Shown here: in pieces, positions 1 to 10,479 of the stretch | How positions within the stretch are numbered: position 1 is the first letter of the stretch | Layout of the letters: the number at the start of each line of letters is the position of its first letter | DNA from: Phoronis australis | Lineage: Eukaryota; Animalia; Phoronida | DNA: 64,000 nt | Assembly: GCA_002633005.1 (NCBI GenBank) | Contig: NMRA01000240.1 | Location: 62,001-126,000 of the forward strand | Reading direction: 5' to 3' | Notes under the pieces: generated by a model | Databases searched by the model: none | What the model was told of the DNA's origin: nothing | Seen by the model: the letters and a program-made list of their open reading frames with translations, nothing else | Made by a program: the position numbers and the translations under genes

Positions 1-760
1 TTTTCGAGTGTATAGATGAAATATTTTTGACAGGGGCGTTGTTGACATTGTTTATTACTTTGAAAGTAAATGTGGTCATGTGATGATTGCGTCGAGTAGA
101 CAGTTTGGGCCATGTGTGACTATTCAAAACCTTGACCCTATTGGATTCCCTGTAAGTTCCAGTTTTGAGTAAGGAAGCATGATACTGTAATTTCTTCAAA
201 TGCTACAGTGCACCAGTATTGGCAGACTGATATTTAATAATATCTCAATAATCGACATGTGGAAGTATGAAGGATTTGACCATAACTTCTAAATGTGTAG
301 TATTCAGATGGCGTGAGACAAGCTTTTAAGCTTGTCTCACTTAAAAGTGTGTTAATTAGTTTCAATTTTTTGTAGAATCTTAGCTTCCCCTCATAAGTGC
401 TTGGCAGTTTCGGATTTACACATACATGTATAGAAGGACAATGAGATATTCCCCCTAACCTCCTCACCGATAGAGGGTCTCTTCTAAAATGGAACACCTT
501 AAGATGAAAGGCTAAACATCATTAAGTTTGGAAAAGAGTGACAGTTTATTCCATCGTTGTGTGACCCTAAAAGAAGTGACCTTTCTCAGCATGAAAACCG
601 GTTGTCCGTACGATTTCACAGAAATGGAAATAGCCGTAATCGAGTCCAACACTGGGATCTCTCTCTGTAAACGCCTCCTTAAGATTTCTCTCTGTAAGTG
701 CCTCCTTAAGAATTTGTCAACAAAACACTAAAAGAGTTCCAACTTAAATGTCATCAATGG
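1..760 (-). mobile_element. Degenerate LINE (CR1/L2-like) ORF2 C-terminal fragments
   Basis: Minus-strand peptides SFRVTQRWNKLS, EGKLRFYKKLK and LNSHTWPKLSTRRNHHMTTFTFKVIN resemble motifs found downstream of the RT in CR1/L2 LINEs; broken by stops and frameshifts. Confidence 0.4.
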
Positions 761-1337
761 ATCCCTTCAAGTACTGGGCCCCTAAATATGAAAAGATCTA
801 AATTAGTTTTCAAAAATTCGGAGTGCGCAGGAATTAATGCTATCTGTCAGATTATCAGTTTTTGTCAAGTGATATACAACTTAAAAAAACGAGAAAATAG
901 AGCGACAGTTGTCCCCGTTATCCCTTTCCAGAGGAGGGTTTGTGGAATAATGTTGTGTAGCAGCAAAATTGTCTTCTTGACATTAAAAATCCAGTGCACG
1001 TCCTCAATTGCGCTTAGACGGCCTATGCAGCAAAATCGGAGACAACACTATCCTGGCCAGGGCCCTCATGCACTGATACTTAGTTGTCAAATGTTCCCTT
1101 GAATTTTCTGTCATCTCCATGTTTCGCAGTCATCTTTGTCGTCATTCATGTGCCAAGCACGGTGCCTGCACCGGTTAAGCAACAACATTTTCTGTAAAAG
1201 TGTTGAATAACCAGTAAACTCATATTTCATGATGACATGATAAGAACTTTCAATTTGTAAAATACAGTGAACCATTGAAAAATTATATGATGGAAGGCAG
1301 AGTCTTGACTGAGGGTGAAAGCCAAAAACTCTTACCA

Positions 1338-1748
1338 TTTTCACTTGTGACATGACCAGAATAACGTCGGTGGTATAACCCGCTTTCATGGCATCTAGAC
1401 TCATCTGCTGCTCTATTTTGTAATTCAGCCATTACTACTTGTATGCAGGGTGTTACGGTATTTTGTCAACATGGCCACTGATACTTTTGGATACTTCGTT
1501 TGTAAAGTACACTCAAATTTCACTTTGAGCACCAGTTCGGTTATAGTCTGACGCCCGTCGGACTATAACTGAACTGCTGCCCGTGCTTGACTTAGGAAGT
1601 ATCCAAAAGTATGATTGGCGATAGTGACAAAATACCGTAACATCCTGCTTACAACCGGTTGGATACAAAGTGAACTAGCAGATCGGTCTAGAGGCCATTA
1701 AACTGGCATATACCAGCGATGTCTTTTTGGTCGTGCCAGTACGGAAAG
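1338..1748. mobile_element. Palindromic MITE-like foldback element (~410 bp)
   Basis: Imperfect inverted arms: 1438-1468 pairs with 1625-1654 and ~1340-1410 with ~1677-1748. Near-perfect central hairpin cagttcggttatagtctgac-gccc-gtcggactataactgaactg at about 1534-1577. Confidence 0.7.
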
Positions 1749-2639
1749 GTTCCCCAAAATTAGCCAAAGTTCATTCTGGAGATCAGTGTTTTAATTATTT
1801 TTAATTCATGTCATTTGCGTAGGCTATCTATAAAAACAATTACGATGATGGAAACATAAATCATCAATTTCCAAACTTGCGCCGATCGAGCACTACGACA
1901 TATGAAAAAATCTTCGCACAACATGCAATCAATGGTAAACGCACAAAACACATTCACCGTCGAAACATCGCATAGCTGTTATCGGTATCAATGATAGTGG
2001 ATAATTTCTGGGATCCAATTCTCCCACGCAAAGTCGGCTTTTTCAGTTTGAATCTGACCTCCGAAACTGCGCTTTGTTGAGTCTTAAAGGAGAATGCCAT
2101 CCAAAAAACAACCTATATTGTATCAATTTAGATCGAGTAGCCAATAATGGCACGTTTGGTTGCGTTACCTGACGGCATACGGAGGTGTTGAAATTATCCA
2201 ATGAAGTCATTGGTTTCACACGCAGTCTGCTCACCAGTTCCAAACACGGGTTACTGGTGTCAGCTTATCACTTGAATTCATCGTTTAACACCAATAAATC
2301 ATGAAACTTCGATGTAAAACCCTTAAAAATGTATAAAGCTCCTATAAAAACGTGTTGTTTTATACTGCTGTTCAGGATTTATTGGTATTTGGACACACCG
2401 TAGCCTATAAGGTTCACCAGGCCAATTTACCAAGGTCCGTAGCAGGAGTTTGGGGTCTGTTCTTCCGTGAAATACAGGCAGTTGAACCTATAGATCTGTT
2501 TTAGAGTTCTTAGCACACAAAACGCTTGTAATTATCCGGGCAAGTGGCTCGGAACCCGATCAGGCCCGACGCGGCCGCCTGTGATCCGACAAAGACTTCA
2601 CTGGTCGGGTCGTTAGGTTTCACAGCTAGGCTATCAGTT

Positions 2640-2945
2640 CGAACCGGAATACACTGATCAGGAAATACTAGAGAAGTGCCGTAAACATGCACAGGCAACG
2701 GAACGTATGAATAGTTCTTTGGTAAGCCGGAATTCGTCAGAGAAATCACTATCGACGAAATGCCGGCCACAGACACGGAGATGTTTCACGGCCTCATACT
2801 TGCTATTAACAGCCTACCTTTCATTATTCACTACCGCGAGCGACTTCCTAAGCATTTCGGGCTCTCGAGGAAGTCGAAAAACGCTATAACGGCTTTCTTC
2901 GCAGCATCATAGTTCGCCGGGGCAAGCGGGAAAGATGCACCACAA
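2640..2945 (-). pseudogene. THAP zinc-finger relic, probably from a DNA transposon (P/Harbinger/ISL2EU-type)
   Basis: Minus strand reads WCIFPAC..(frameshift)..YSVFRLPREPEMLRKSLAVVNNER*AVNSKYEAVKHLRVCGRHFVDSDF. This fits the THAP pattern C-x4-C...F.FP......W...(R)VC..HF...DF, with a stop and a W>S change. Confidence 0.55.
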
Positions 2946-3956
2946 TATAGCGTCATTCACTCTGCAGACAAACCACTGACGTCACTGCGTCGTTTCTCGC
3001 CTTCCTCACAGGTTATCGCGTTACCTCTCCTCAAGGTGAGGTCGACCGTATAAGAGGCGATGTGGATATAGAACGATTAAGACGTTAAAAAAGACTAATT
3101 AATCGGGTGTCATTCTCATTTAAGGTAACCGTCCAGCATTGTGTCGGCATAAACTGCGAAATAACTGAGACAAGTCGAGTAGGTTTTAATGTAAGGCAAA
3201 ACCGGCCTTCACAGCAAAAACCTTGGGCAGATCATATTGTTGAGTTGCGATTTAGTAACCTTAGTTATTGCTAATAGTTTAGCAACAGCATATTTGTAAT
3301 ACCGAACACAGTTGTTTTTCGCCTGCAAACAAGGCACCACCTTCCATCATATCTGGATTCATCGGATTTTTATGAGCCGATAAAAGTTCCACAACGACCT
3401 TGAAAAATGACAACATCTGCGGAGTCGAAACTCATTAAGTTTCAAGCAACTATAAACTATAGTACACGGACCGCCAACTCCGTATACAATGGATGAAATC
3501 TGCAATCTTACGCATAATCCGTGACGTCATTATTCATTAGCCCCCCCATTGAACAACGATTCAATGCCTAAAATATTATTTTTACGTTGTATTAGACAAT
3601 AAAATAGAAGGAAGAATTTCCCAGCACAATACACTAACGGGAAGCTGAGCTTGCTATGTTTAGAGGATGGCGCATGCTCAAGGATATTTTGCAAGAAAAT
3701 GATGGGAGTTGGGAACCTGTTGTCTATAATCTGTTATGAAACAGGGCCATATAAATTGACGAGCGCCCTGAAGGATGTTCTCATTACGTGCTGCTCGTGA
3801 ATGAATTTTTCGGAAGATAGCACGTGCACTTTCCACGTTCACAGCATTTGTCGTATATTATGACGTTTTGTCCTAAGACAGAGTCAGTTTACATGAGAAT
3901 TTTTATTTCTGATTATGACATTTGGTTATTTCTGTGACCGCAAAAATATTTTTAGC

Positions 3957-4884
3957 ATGCGACAATGTAATCTCTTCAGTAGGTTGTTGAGGATTGTGAG
4001 TTTCGTAGGCTTTATCATTCCATGCGTTCGTTATCCTGTGGGGATGGTCCTGGCTGAGACGACATATCCAGAAATTGAACAGTGTGACTCAGACGTAGTA
4101 TTTGTCATTCCTGTAAGTGATTCCATCGATGAAAATCAATATGAGCTGATGAAAGGTTTCGTCATTGAAACAGCCGGCAAATTGCGATCTACAAACAGTC
4201 GTATTGGTGTTTTTCAGTACGGTGACATCGTAGCTCCAAGTATAAAGTTAAACAGTGGTGTTAATGCTACAGCGCAAGACAGAATGAAAAAAAGGATGGA
4301 AACAATGAAAAAGGAGGATGCAAGAGTCACAAAAACAGGAGAAATTCCAACATGTTTTGGAATGGGCCTCGGTCAAGTTAGGTTACAAGCCTTTTCTTTG
4401 CTTAACAGTGATCGTCGTGACACAGTCAAAGTAGTCATCGGCTTGGTGGATGGTACCACAAATGAAGAACGTGTTCTTGGCGACACAATGACTTTAGGAA
4501 ACCATCCGTCGTTGCAATCTTCTGCATATTATGACTTTGGTTTTCTACTGTTCAGTGTTTTAATTAACCGCCAGGCAAGTGGTAAAGAGGTGGCTAAAAC
4601 GAACGGACACAGTGGCCATTTTTTTGCCCCCTCCTTCGACCAGTTAGTTGATTTAGAAGACATGGTGGTAACGGCTGTGAAGGCAAGATGTTGGCAGATG
4701 CGACATCTAAGAGAAGAATCAGTCACCCGACGACTTCTGAGTGAAGTCTTTAATAGTGACGGCACGATTCACGCAAAATGGTTATGTGGACAAGTAGGCG
4801 ATATGGGAATTTCGTATTGTTCCGAATCTGCACAATACTTAAAAAGACCAAAGTTGTACACGAAACCACTTCCAGATAAATATT
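3957..4884 (+). CDS. Coding exon 1 of a secreted/extracellular VWA plus multiple 6-Cys-module protein (signal peptide + VWA domain)
   Basis: Lies within ORF 3915-4892. ATG at 3957 follows tttttag-c. Hydrophobic N-terminus MRQCNLFSRLLRIVSFVGFIIPCV..VLA. VWA motifs CDSDVVFVIPVSDSI, RIGVFQYG, VKVVIGLVDG, FDQL, bracketed by Cys at 4083 and 4689. Phase-1 donor T|GTAAGT at 4885. Confidence 0.85.
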
Positions 4885-5399
4885 GTAAGTAATAAGCAGA
4901 AGTAGTGTGTACGCATTCCGGCCGGCTGTTTTAAGGTATTGCTACGTATTAGACCCATGCGAAGTAATACCTAAGTGGTTCGTACAATGGGCATGCGCCT
5001 GAAGTTCGCATAAAGGCCCAGGCAATGTGTCTTGCAGAGGATCAGCCATTAATTTGCATATAATTGCTCCCGTTTTGGCTACCTCTGGCCCTCATAACAA
5101 TTTGGACATTTGCTTCTGTATCTTTCGAGTTCCCTGGGAGTAGTCTCATGGATTTTCGTAAAAAGATTTGTAGTAGCGTACTGACGCGCCTTTAAGCCCA
5201 TGGAAATGATTCCTTCTTTAGTGGCCTTTTTCTATGAAGTGGTTAGCATAATGGCCCATGTGCCTAAGTTTCGCATTTAATGCTCACAAATTCATTCGCA
5301 GAAGCCGATCTATCCCACAATGCATCAAATGAGAGGTAAACTGGAACGCTATGTAATCGTCTACCCTTCTAAGGCCACAAAAGTGGCCACGTAACGCTA

Positions 5400-6350
5400 T
5401 GTAAATTATTAAAAATGCGTCAAATTACCCCTCACTCCTTTCAATCCAAAATTTCGATGAAGTCTTTTTGGATAACTCTGACCATTTTCACCATGATTGA
5501 TACAAATTCCGCATTAAGATTAACGTTACTAAAGCAGAACTCGGAAACAAAAAACACACAGTGTTTGCCTAAGTTGAGACGTACCGTGATTCCATGGCCT
5601 TTTTCGCCGATCTGCAGCTCTATTTTGTAATCCAGCCAATACGGCTTGTACGCAGGGTGTTGTGGTACTTTGCCTAAGCTTTTAGATAATTTTAATGTCA
5701 AGCATTCGCAAATTGAACGTTCAGCATCAGTGGTACTGGGTGTGGACCAGTTTCTCTCTCTACAAACTTCAAAAGTACCATCAATAATCTCAATATCAAT
5801 AAAAACAACTAGGTTTCTCGACTTCGACATGTTTCGACGTCTCAAACGTCATCATCAGACAACCAGTCAAGGCCTTCTAACAGTCTTGACCCAAAGTGTG
5901 TACAGCAGAGCTATCAGCGCGCATCATAGCAAAAACATCAAATATTATTCACGTGCTGAATGAAAATAGCCTTACAGTGGCTGAAAATCTGCAAGTGGTC
6001 ATTAATGTGACACCAATTGTCAATGCCTAAGTATTCCTTATCCCGGGCTTAAGGATGGCGAGCAGTTTCACCATTTTAGCTGGAAGCACAACCAGGAAAA
6101 CAATTATCCACTACCCTGGGTTTAAGACCAAAAGGGGCTTTATCCCTAGTGCTGAAAAACCACAAGATTTTAGAGATTTAAATGTTGAAACAATTCTCAA
6201 ATCTTTTTGATAATACTTCACAATATTATCAATTTTACTCTGGCAATATTTAAAAAAACTAGCCTTGTGGAATCGCTGATCCATTTCAACATCTCGTCGT
6301 GCCATTCCCAACCCAATGTAATCTAATTTTCTGAATGTTATGTGTAACAT
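5400..6350 (-). mobile_element. Penelope-like retroelement fragment: GIY-YIG endonuclease end, pseudo-LTR, then probable start of a tandem copy
   Basis: Minus strand gives KIDNIVKYYQKDLRIVSTFKSLK..., then VVDNCFPGCASS*NGETARHP*ARDKEYLGIDNWCHINDHL, matching the PLE GIY-YIG pattern VVY.F.C..C...YIGET.RHL..RI.EHL. A hammerhead motif follows at 5817-5871, then KDFIEILD*KE*GVI resembling a PLE ORF N-terminus. Confidence 0.7.
5817..5871 (-). ncRNA. Minimal type-I hammerhead ribozyme motif in the Penelope pseudo-LTR
   Basis: Minus strand CTTGACT-ggttgt-CTGATGA-T-GACGT-ttgag-ACGTC-GAAAC-AT-GTC-ga-AGTCGAG. It has both core boxes, a 5-bp helix II, a tiny palindromic helix III, a GUC cleavage triplet and distal helix I pairing. 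Confidence 0.65.
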
Positions 6351-6491
6351 AGGTAGGAAAATATCAATTAAGTAAATCGAGAAATACGTTGTGAATGAAG
6401 TTCGTGTCTCAGATGTTTATTTCCACGTTTTCTATTCAAAAAAATCCTTAAACACGTACGTGTAGTACAACATTTCTGCTAATTTCTCTAG

Positions 6492-6629
6492 CGTCCGATG
6501 ACAATAAAGATTTCATAGCTTGTGAGGATGGTGGGCGATTCTGTACTGCACCAACGCAGTGCGACGAGTCGTTCAGTTCTTGCACAGAATGTGTATCCGG
6601 AGCGGAAAAGCGTGGAAGCTCTTGCAAAT
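6492..6629 (+). CDS. Exon 2: 6-Cys module 1 (CxxC variant)
   Basis: ttctctAG|..|GTgagt, 138 nt, phase 1-1: (S)SDDNKDFIACEDGGRFCTAPTQCDESFSSCTECVSGAEKRGSSCK. Confidence 0.85.
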
Positions 6630-6689
6630 GTGAGTATGTCTGCGTGTTCTTTTTTACCGGTACCGTATACTAACCAACTCTTATGACAG

Positions 6690-7640
6690 ACAACGTCAAA
6701 AGCCAAGGGGGGATTGAGTGTTACAGCTTCCCCCGGTCGAGTAATTCTAGAGGAGTATTGCTTGCTAACAACTCTGAGTACAGTGTTTCTTATATCAAAC
6801 ATGACTCGTCCGGGAATGTATTAGCTGTAAATTTGATATTCGAGTCAACATATCTATTTTTAGCATCAATGGTCCTAACAAAGATGACCCTCTTTTTTAC
6901 AACGCCTCAGAATTCAAGTAAATGAATTCGCATCTGAGTCTATGACTCTTGTGGGGATTGGAAGGTCGTCCAGGCTTATGATTTAGACTGTTGTATATAA
7001 GTGCAACAACAATCCTTTATCTAATAAAAAAAGTTTGTGAGTTGAAAGCCGCGTTTAATTTGGTTGACCCTTGAAGAGTTGGGGATCCTGAAAGAAAAAA
7101 TACATCTGGATTAAAAGAAATCCACGTAAGTATGCTAGGTTGGACTACAGTTGTATTTTTAGTTAGTGAGGGACTCATGGCGTTTCCGGAAGAACAAACC
7201 ATTCTTCCAGGGAATAGAACTGATCCCTCAGATATTGTAGTAACTTTGAAATGTTACGATTTTAAAAAAGGACCTGGACTTTGGCGATTTAACAAATATT
7301 TGTTGTCTGGCAAGATGTATGTCAATTAATCAAAAGAAGTCATTGCAAATACTATTAATGAGTATAAGATAGCTCTTCCCGAACACACTGAATTAAATGT
7401 TTGTTCTCAGTTTTCAATTAGTGATCAACTTCTTTTTGCATATCATAAGAACAATAGAAATTCCATTTTCAGTCAATAAAAAGAAGCAGAACCTCACTAA
7501 ACAAAGTGACCTGGAAATGCGTATTACATCATAATTTTTCTGAGGAAGCCGAGGAAGAGTTACTGAAACTAACCTGTGAATTAGCAAATATTTGCGAGGA
7601 ATATATTGAAGGGGAAGTAGATGGATTAAAGAGGGAGAAA
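6690..7640 (+). mobile_element. Tx1/L1-like LINE ORF2 fragment (APE endonuclease region), decayed
   Basis: Frameshifted peptides SNSRGVLL..HDSSGNVL, GDWK, LVDP*RV, ARLDY..FLVSE, PGNRTDPS, GPGLWRFNKYLL match L1/Tx1 motifs (SRGV, GDFN, D.WR, RLDYFL, SDHS, GPG.WK.N..LL). Confidence 0.75.
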
Positions 7641-7644
7641 AAGC

Positions 7645-7890
7645 GGATTGTACTGAAGCCTTCTCGACCCCCAAACCCCTTGACACCTTCGACCAACGAC
7701 CTCCTCGACCCACAACCCCCACGACCTGTGGCAATAGAGATATCTATGCGCTTTTATAATCTCATTACATGCACATCCCTTGGCGACTTTCATATAAGAC
7801 ATACCTACACGCGAGTATGCTCTGGCTCAAGTCTGGTGACTGAAAACAGAAAGTGGCGTGAGAACGCGGGTGGTCTTGACTAGAACATTG
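7645..7890 (+). mobile_element. Partial copy of GGATTGT-TIR non-autonomous element (family A)
   Basis: Begins GGATTGTACTGAAGCC followed by (CTC)GACCC repeats; homologous in inverted orientation to 8455-8720. Confidence 0.7.
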
Positions 7891-7894
7891 TTAA

Positions 7895-8720
7895 GGATTG
7901 TTCTGAAACCCCCTCCACCCCCACCCCAATGACCCTCTCGACCCACAACCCCCTCGACCACGGCCCACGACCCTCGACCCCATGACCCCCTCGACCCACG
8001 ACCCAGAACCCAGTCAACTCAGTCTAGACAAGCTCGACTCGATCTGAACATAGAACACATGCTCACTAGCAGGACCAATGAGTTGGGCCATGTGCTAGGC
8101 TGGCTTTTCCACGTTATTGTAATCAAGGCAATAAATTAGGTAAGTTTGAAAGCCAAAAACTGAAAAAAATAACGCGACAAAATCAAATCAAAATCAAAGA
8201 TCTACAAACCTTACAAATGTCGTTCCCGGCAGGGTGTAATCGTCTCATCTGCTCCTCAGTGAATTGCAGAGTGCGAGGAACCGATAAAACAATAATTTCA
8301 CCAGTAAATACAGTTTGAAAAAACAAACTGTTAACTAAAAAATATTTCAACGTTATATGGCGTACGTTACCATACTCTCTCTCTCTAAGTTTATTAGAAC
8401 TGTGCCGTTGATAGACGCTTGTGGAACTATTTCTGTGACAACGATAGCGCGCTAACAATGTGCTATTCAAAACCACCGGCGTTCTAACACCACTTTCTGT
8501 TTTCAATCACGAGACTTCAGCCAGAATAGACTCGTGTGCAGGTATGACGTATGAGAAAGTCGCCCAGCGACTTAAAAAGATTATGAAATATGTAAAAAAT
8601 GCACAGATACCTCTATTGCCAAAGGTTGTGGGTCGTGGGTCATGGGTCGTGGGTCATGGGTCGTGGGTCATGGGTCGTGGGTCGAAGGGTGTGGGGATCG
8701 AGGGGGTTTCAGTACAATCG
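7895..8720 (-). mobile_element. Complete family-A TIR element (~825 bp) with subterminal GGGTCGT arrays
   Basis: 21-bp TIRs GGATTGTTCTGAAACCCCCTC / GAGGGGGTTTCAGTACAATCG (2 mismatches). 7-mer ACGACCC/GGGTCGT arrays lie inside both ends. Interior shared with copies at about 19.3, 29.2 and 42.7 kb. Confidence 0.8.
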
Positions 8721-8864
8721 TCTGTATATTTCTTATACAGGCCTTCAAAACACAGATGATCAAAATTAACAGTTTTGTGGAGAAAAAATGATCACACGAC
8801 GGTGTTTTGAATGTATTTTAAATGGCATGGGTTGAACACGGATTATAAAACATATCTCCTGCAG

Positions 8865-8984
8865 ATAAACACGACATACCTTGCGAAGTAGGCGGCACGT
8901 TGTGTACAGATGAGTTCGCAGTTTGCTCTGGAATGGTGTGCAGGTGCATCGGCGGACGAATAATGTACGAGAACATGTGCAAGG
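8865..8984 (+). CDS. Exon 3: 6-Cys EGF-like/EB-type module 2
   Basis: ctcctgcAG|..|GTacgt, 120 nt, phase 1-1: (Y)KHDIPCEVGGTLCTDEFAVCSGMVCRCIGGRIMYENMCK. Confidence 0.85.
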
Positions 8985-10479
8985 GTACGTATTTATAGAT
9001 ATTCACGCTGGACAGTTGTTCCGACGAACAAATGCGACACAAGTCACTGATGAAACCATTATGCCGAACCAATATATTAGAGGAAACAAATTGCTCGTAG
9101 ATTCTCAAAATGGCAAGCTAGCAGCTTTTTATAATTTAAGTCGTTTCATTGAGTGGAGGTGTGGGCCTTTCCTATCGGGCCTCTATCAATGCCCCGTGTA
9201 AGCTTAGTTTCCAGAGACGAAATGAGGGCCATACTTTGACAGCACACAGAAGCGAGAAACTGCTAACCTGAAAGGAGATAACGAATGATTGGCAAGCTTT
9301 TATGCACGCTTGTTTCGTGTGTTCTCCTTGAGTTCTTCATTCGTGTGAAATCGGGCCTTTGGTTTGGAGGTACCGAAACGGTGCAATAAGCTTCTAAACG
9401 AAGTTCCATTAAATTCGGCTTACACAAGTCTGTCGGCTTTGTTCTGACTTTTTCCAACCTGATTCATTAGACGCTGTCTTAGAGACTTCCATAAAGATGT
9501 AGATTCCGTCAAAGACATTAACATGACTGAATCCCAAGTGGTTCATAATCGGCTGAAACATAGCATTAAACTGGAGAAAATGTCTTGTACGGTATAACAC
9601 GACAGACTTGCTATTTGGCAATTAGTGCGTGTTGTGTGGTTGTGAGCAAATTTAGATAACGAGATCAAATGACCAATCAAGCGATATACCAGGATATTTG
9701 TATTTATCCTGCATTTTAAAACACTTTGGTTATATTAAATAGCCGATCGTCTAAAGTGCACAATATTCGTATTTTTGGTTACTGAGCCATTGTATTGTCC
9801 TCATCTTTCTCTTTAGTTGAATCTTACTGTTCGCTATAAGAGCAATGATCTCTGCATACATACATATATGCATGTAAAGGCACAGGTCCTTCAGTTTTAC
9901 ATGTAACTGTTCCTCAAAGGCACCACAGTCACACCGCTATCACAGTACTCTGTCAAATAAACAATTGTGACTTGTCTGATTGTGAGAAATTATTCGATTA
10001 GGGTGATTGTGCAAGAGGATGTCAACAGCATTATTCAAAGTTGTCGGCAAATTAACACCTGCCATCGAATCACGCTTTAGTTAAACTGACCGTATGCGCC
10101 ACGCCATATGCTTGTTCCTTATGATGGTTGTCTCTGTCTTCATAAATGTACCGAATTGATAAAAACGCACGACACTTTTCGATATTGACAGTCCTTATTC
10201 CGTTGTGTTTATGTTCAATAAGCTACAAGAGGTAGATCGCCTTACACAAACACTGGTGAATAATGGGTACAATATTGCTTTTGTAGACCTCGATATTAAG
10301 CGATTTATGTCCAAAATTAACTGTGAAGTCGCTGCACGTCGGACCAGTGTGATCAAAATGTATCTTGCGAAAATCTCATGACCATTAATTGGCTCCAGGA
10401 CGAACACGCCATTAAAAATCATTAGGGATAATGTTAAAAGATTTTAAGCCCGATGATTACCTCGATGTTATTATTTATT

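Noticed and set aside
4113-4118. GTAAGT donor-like site inside exon 1
   Set aside because: It is phase 0, incompatible with the phase-1 module exons, and VWA homology continues through it.
3915-4892. ORF 3915-4892 as a complete single-exon 325-aa gene
   Set aside because: A consensus GTAAGT donor at 4885 precedes the stop and is in phase with 11 downstream exons. ATG 3957 gives a better signal-peptide start.
7920-8010. GACCC arrays (also 16180-16285 cttaagttt and 27570-27830 ccaaatggg) as CRISPR-like or telomeric repeats
   Set aside because: No constant repeat with unique spacers and no cas genes in a eukaryotic context; they look like transposon subterminal repeats.
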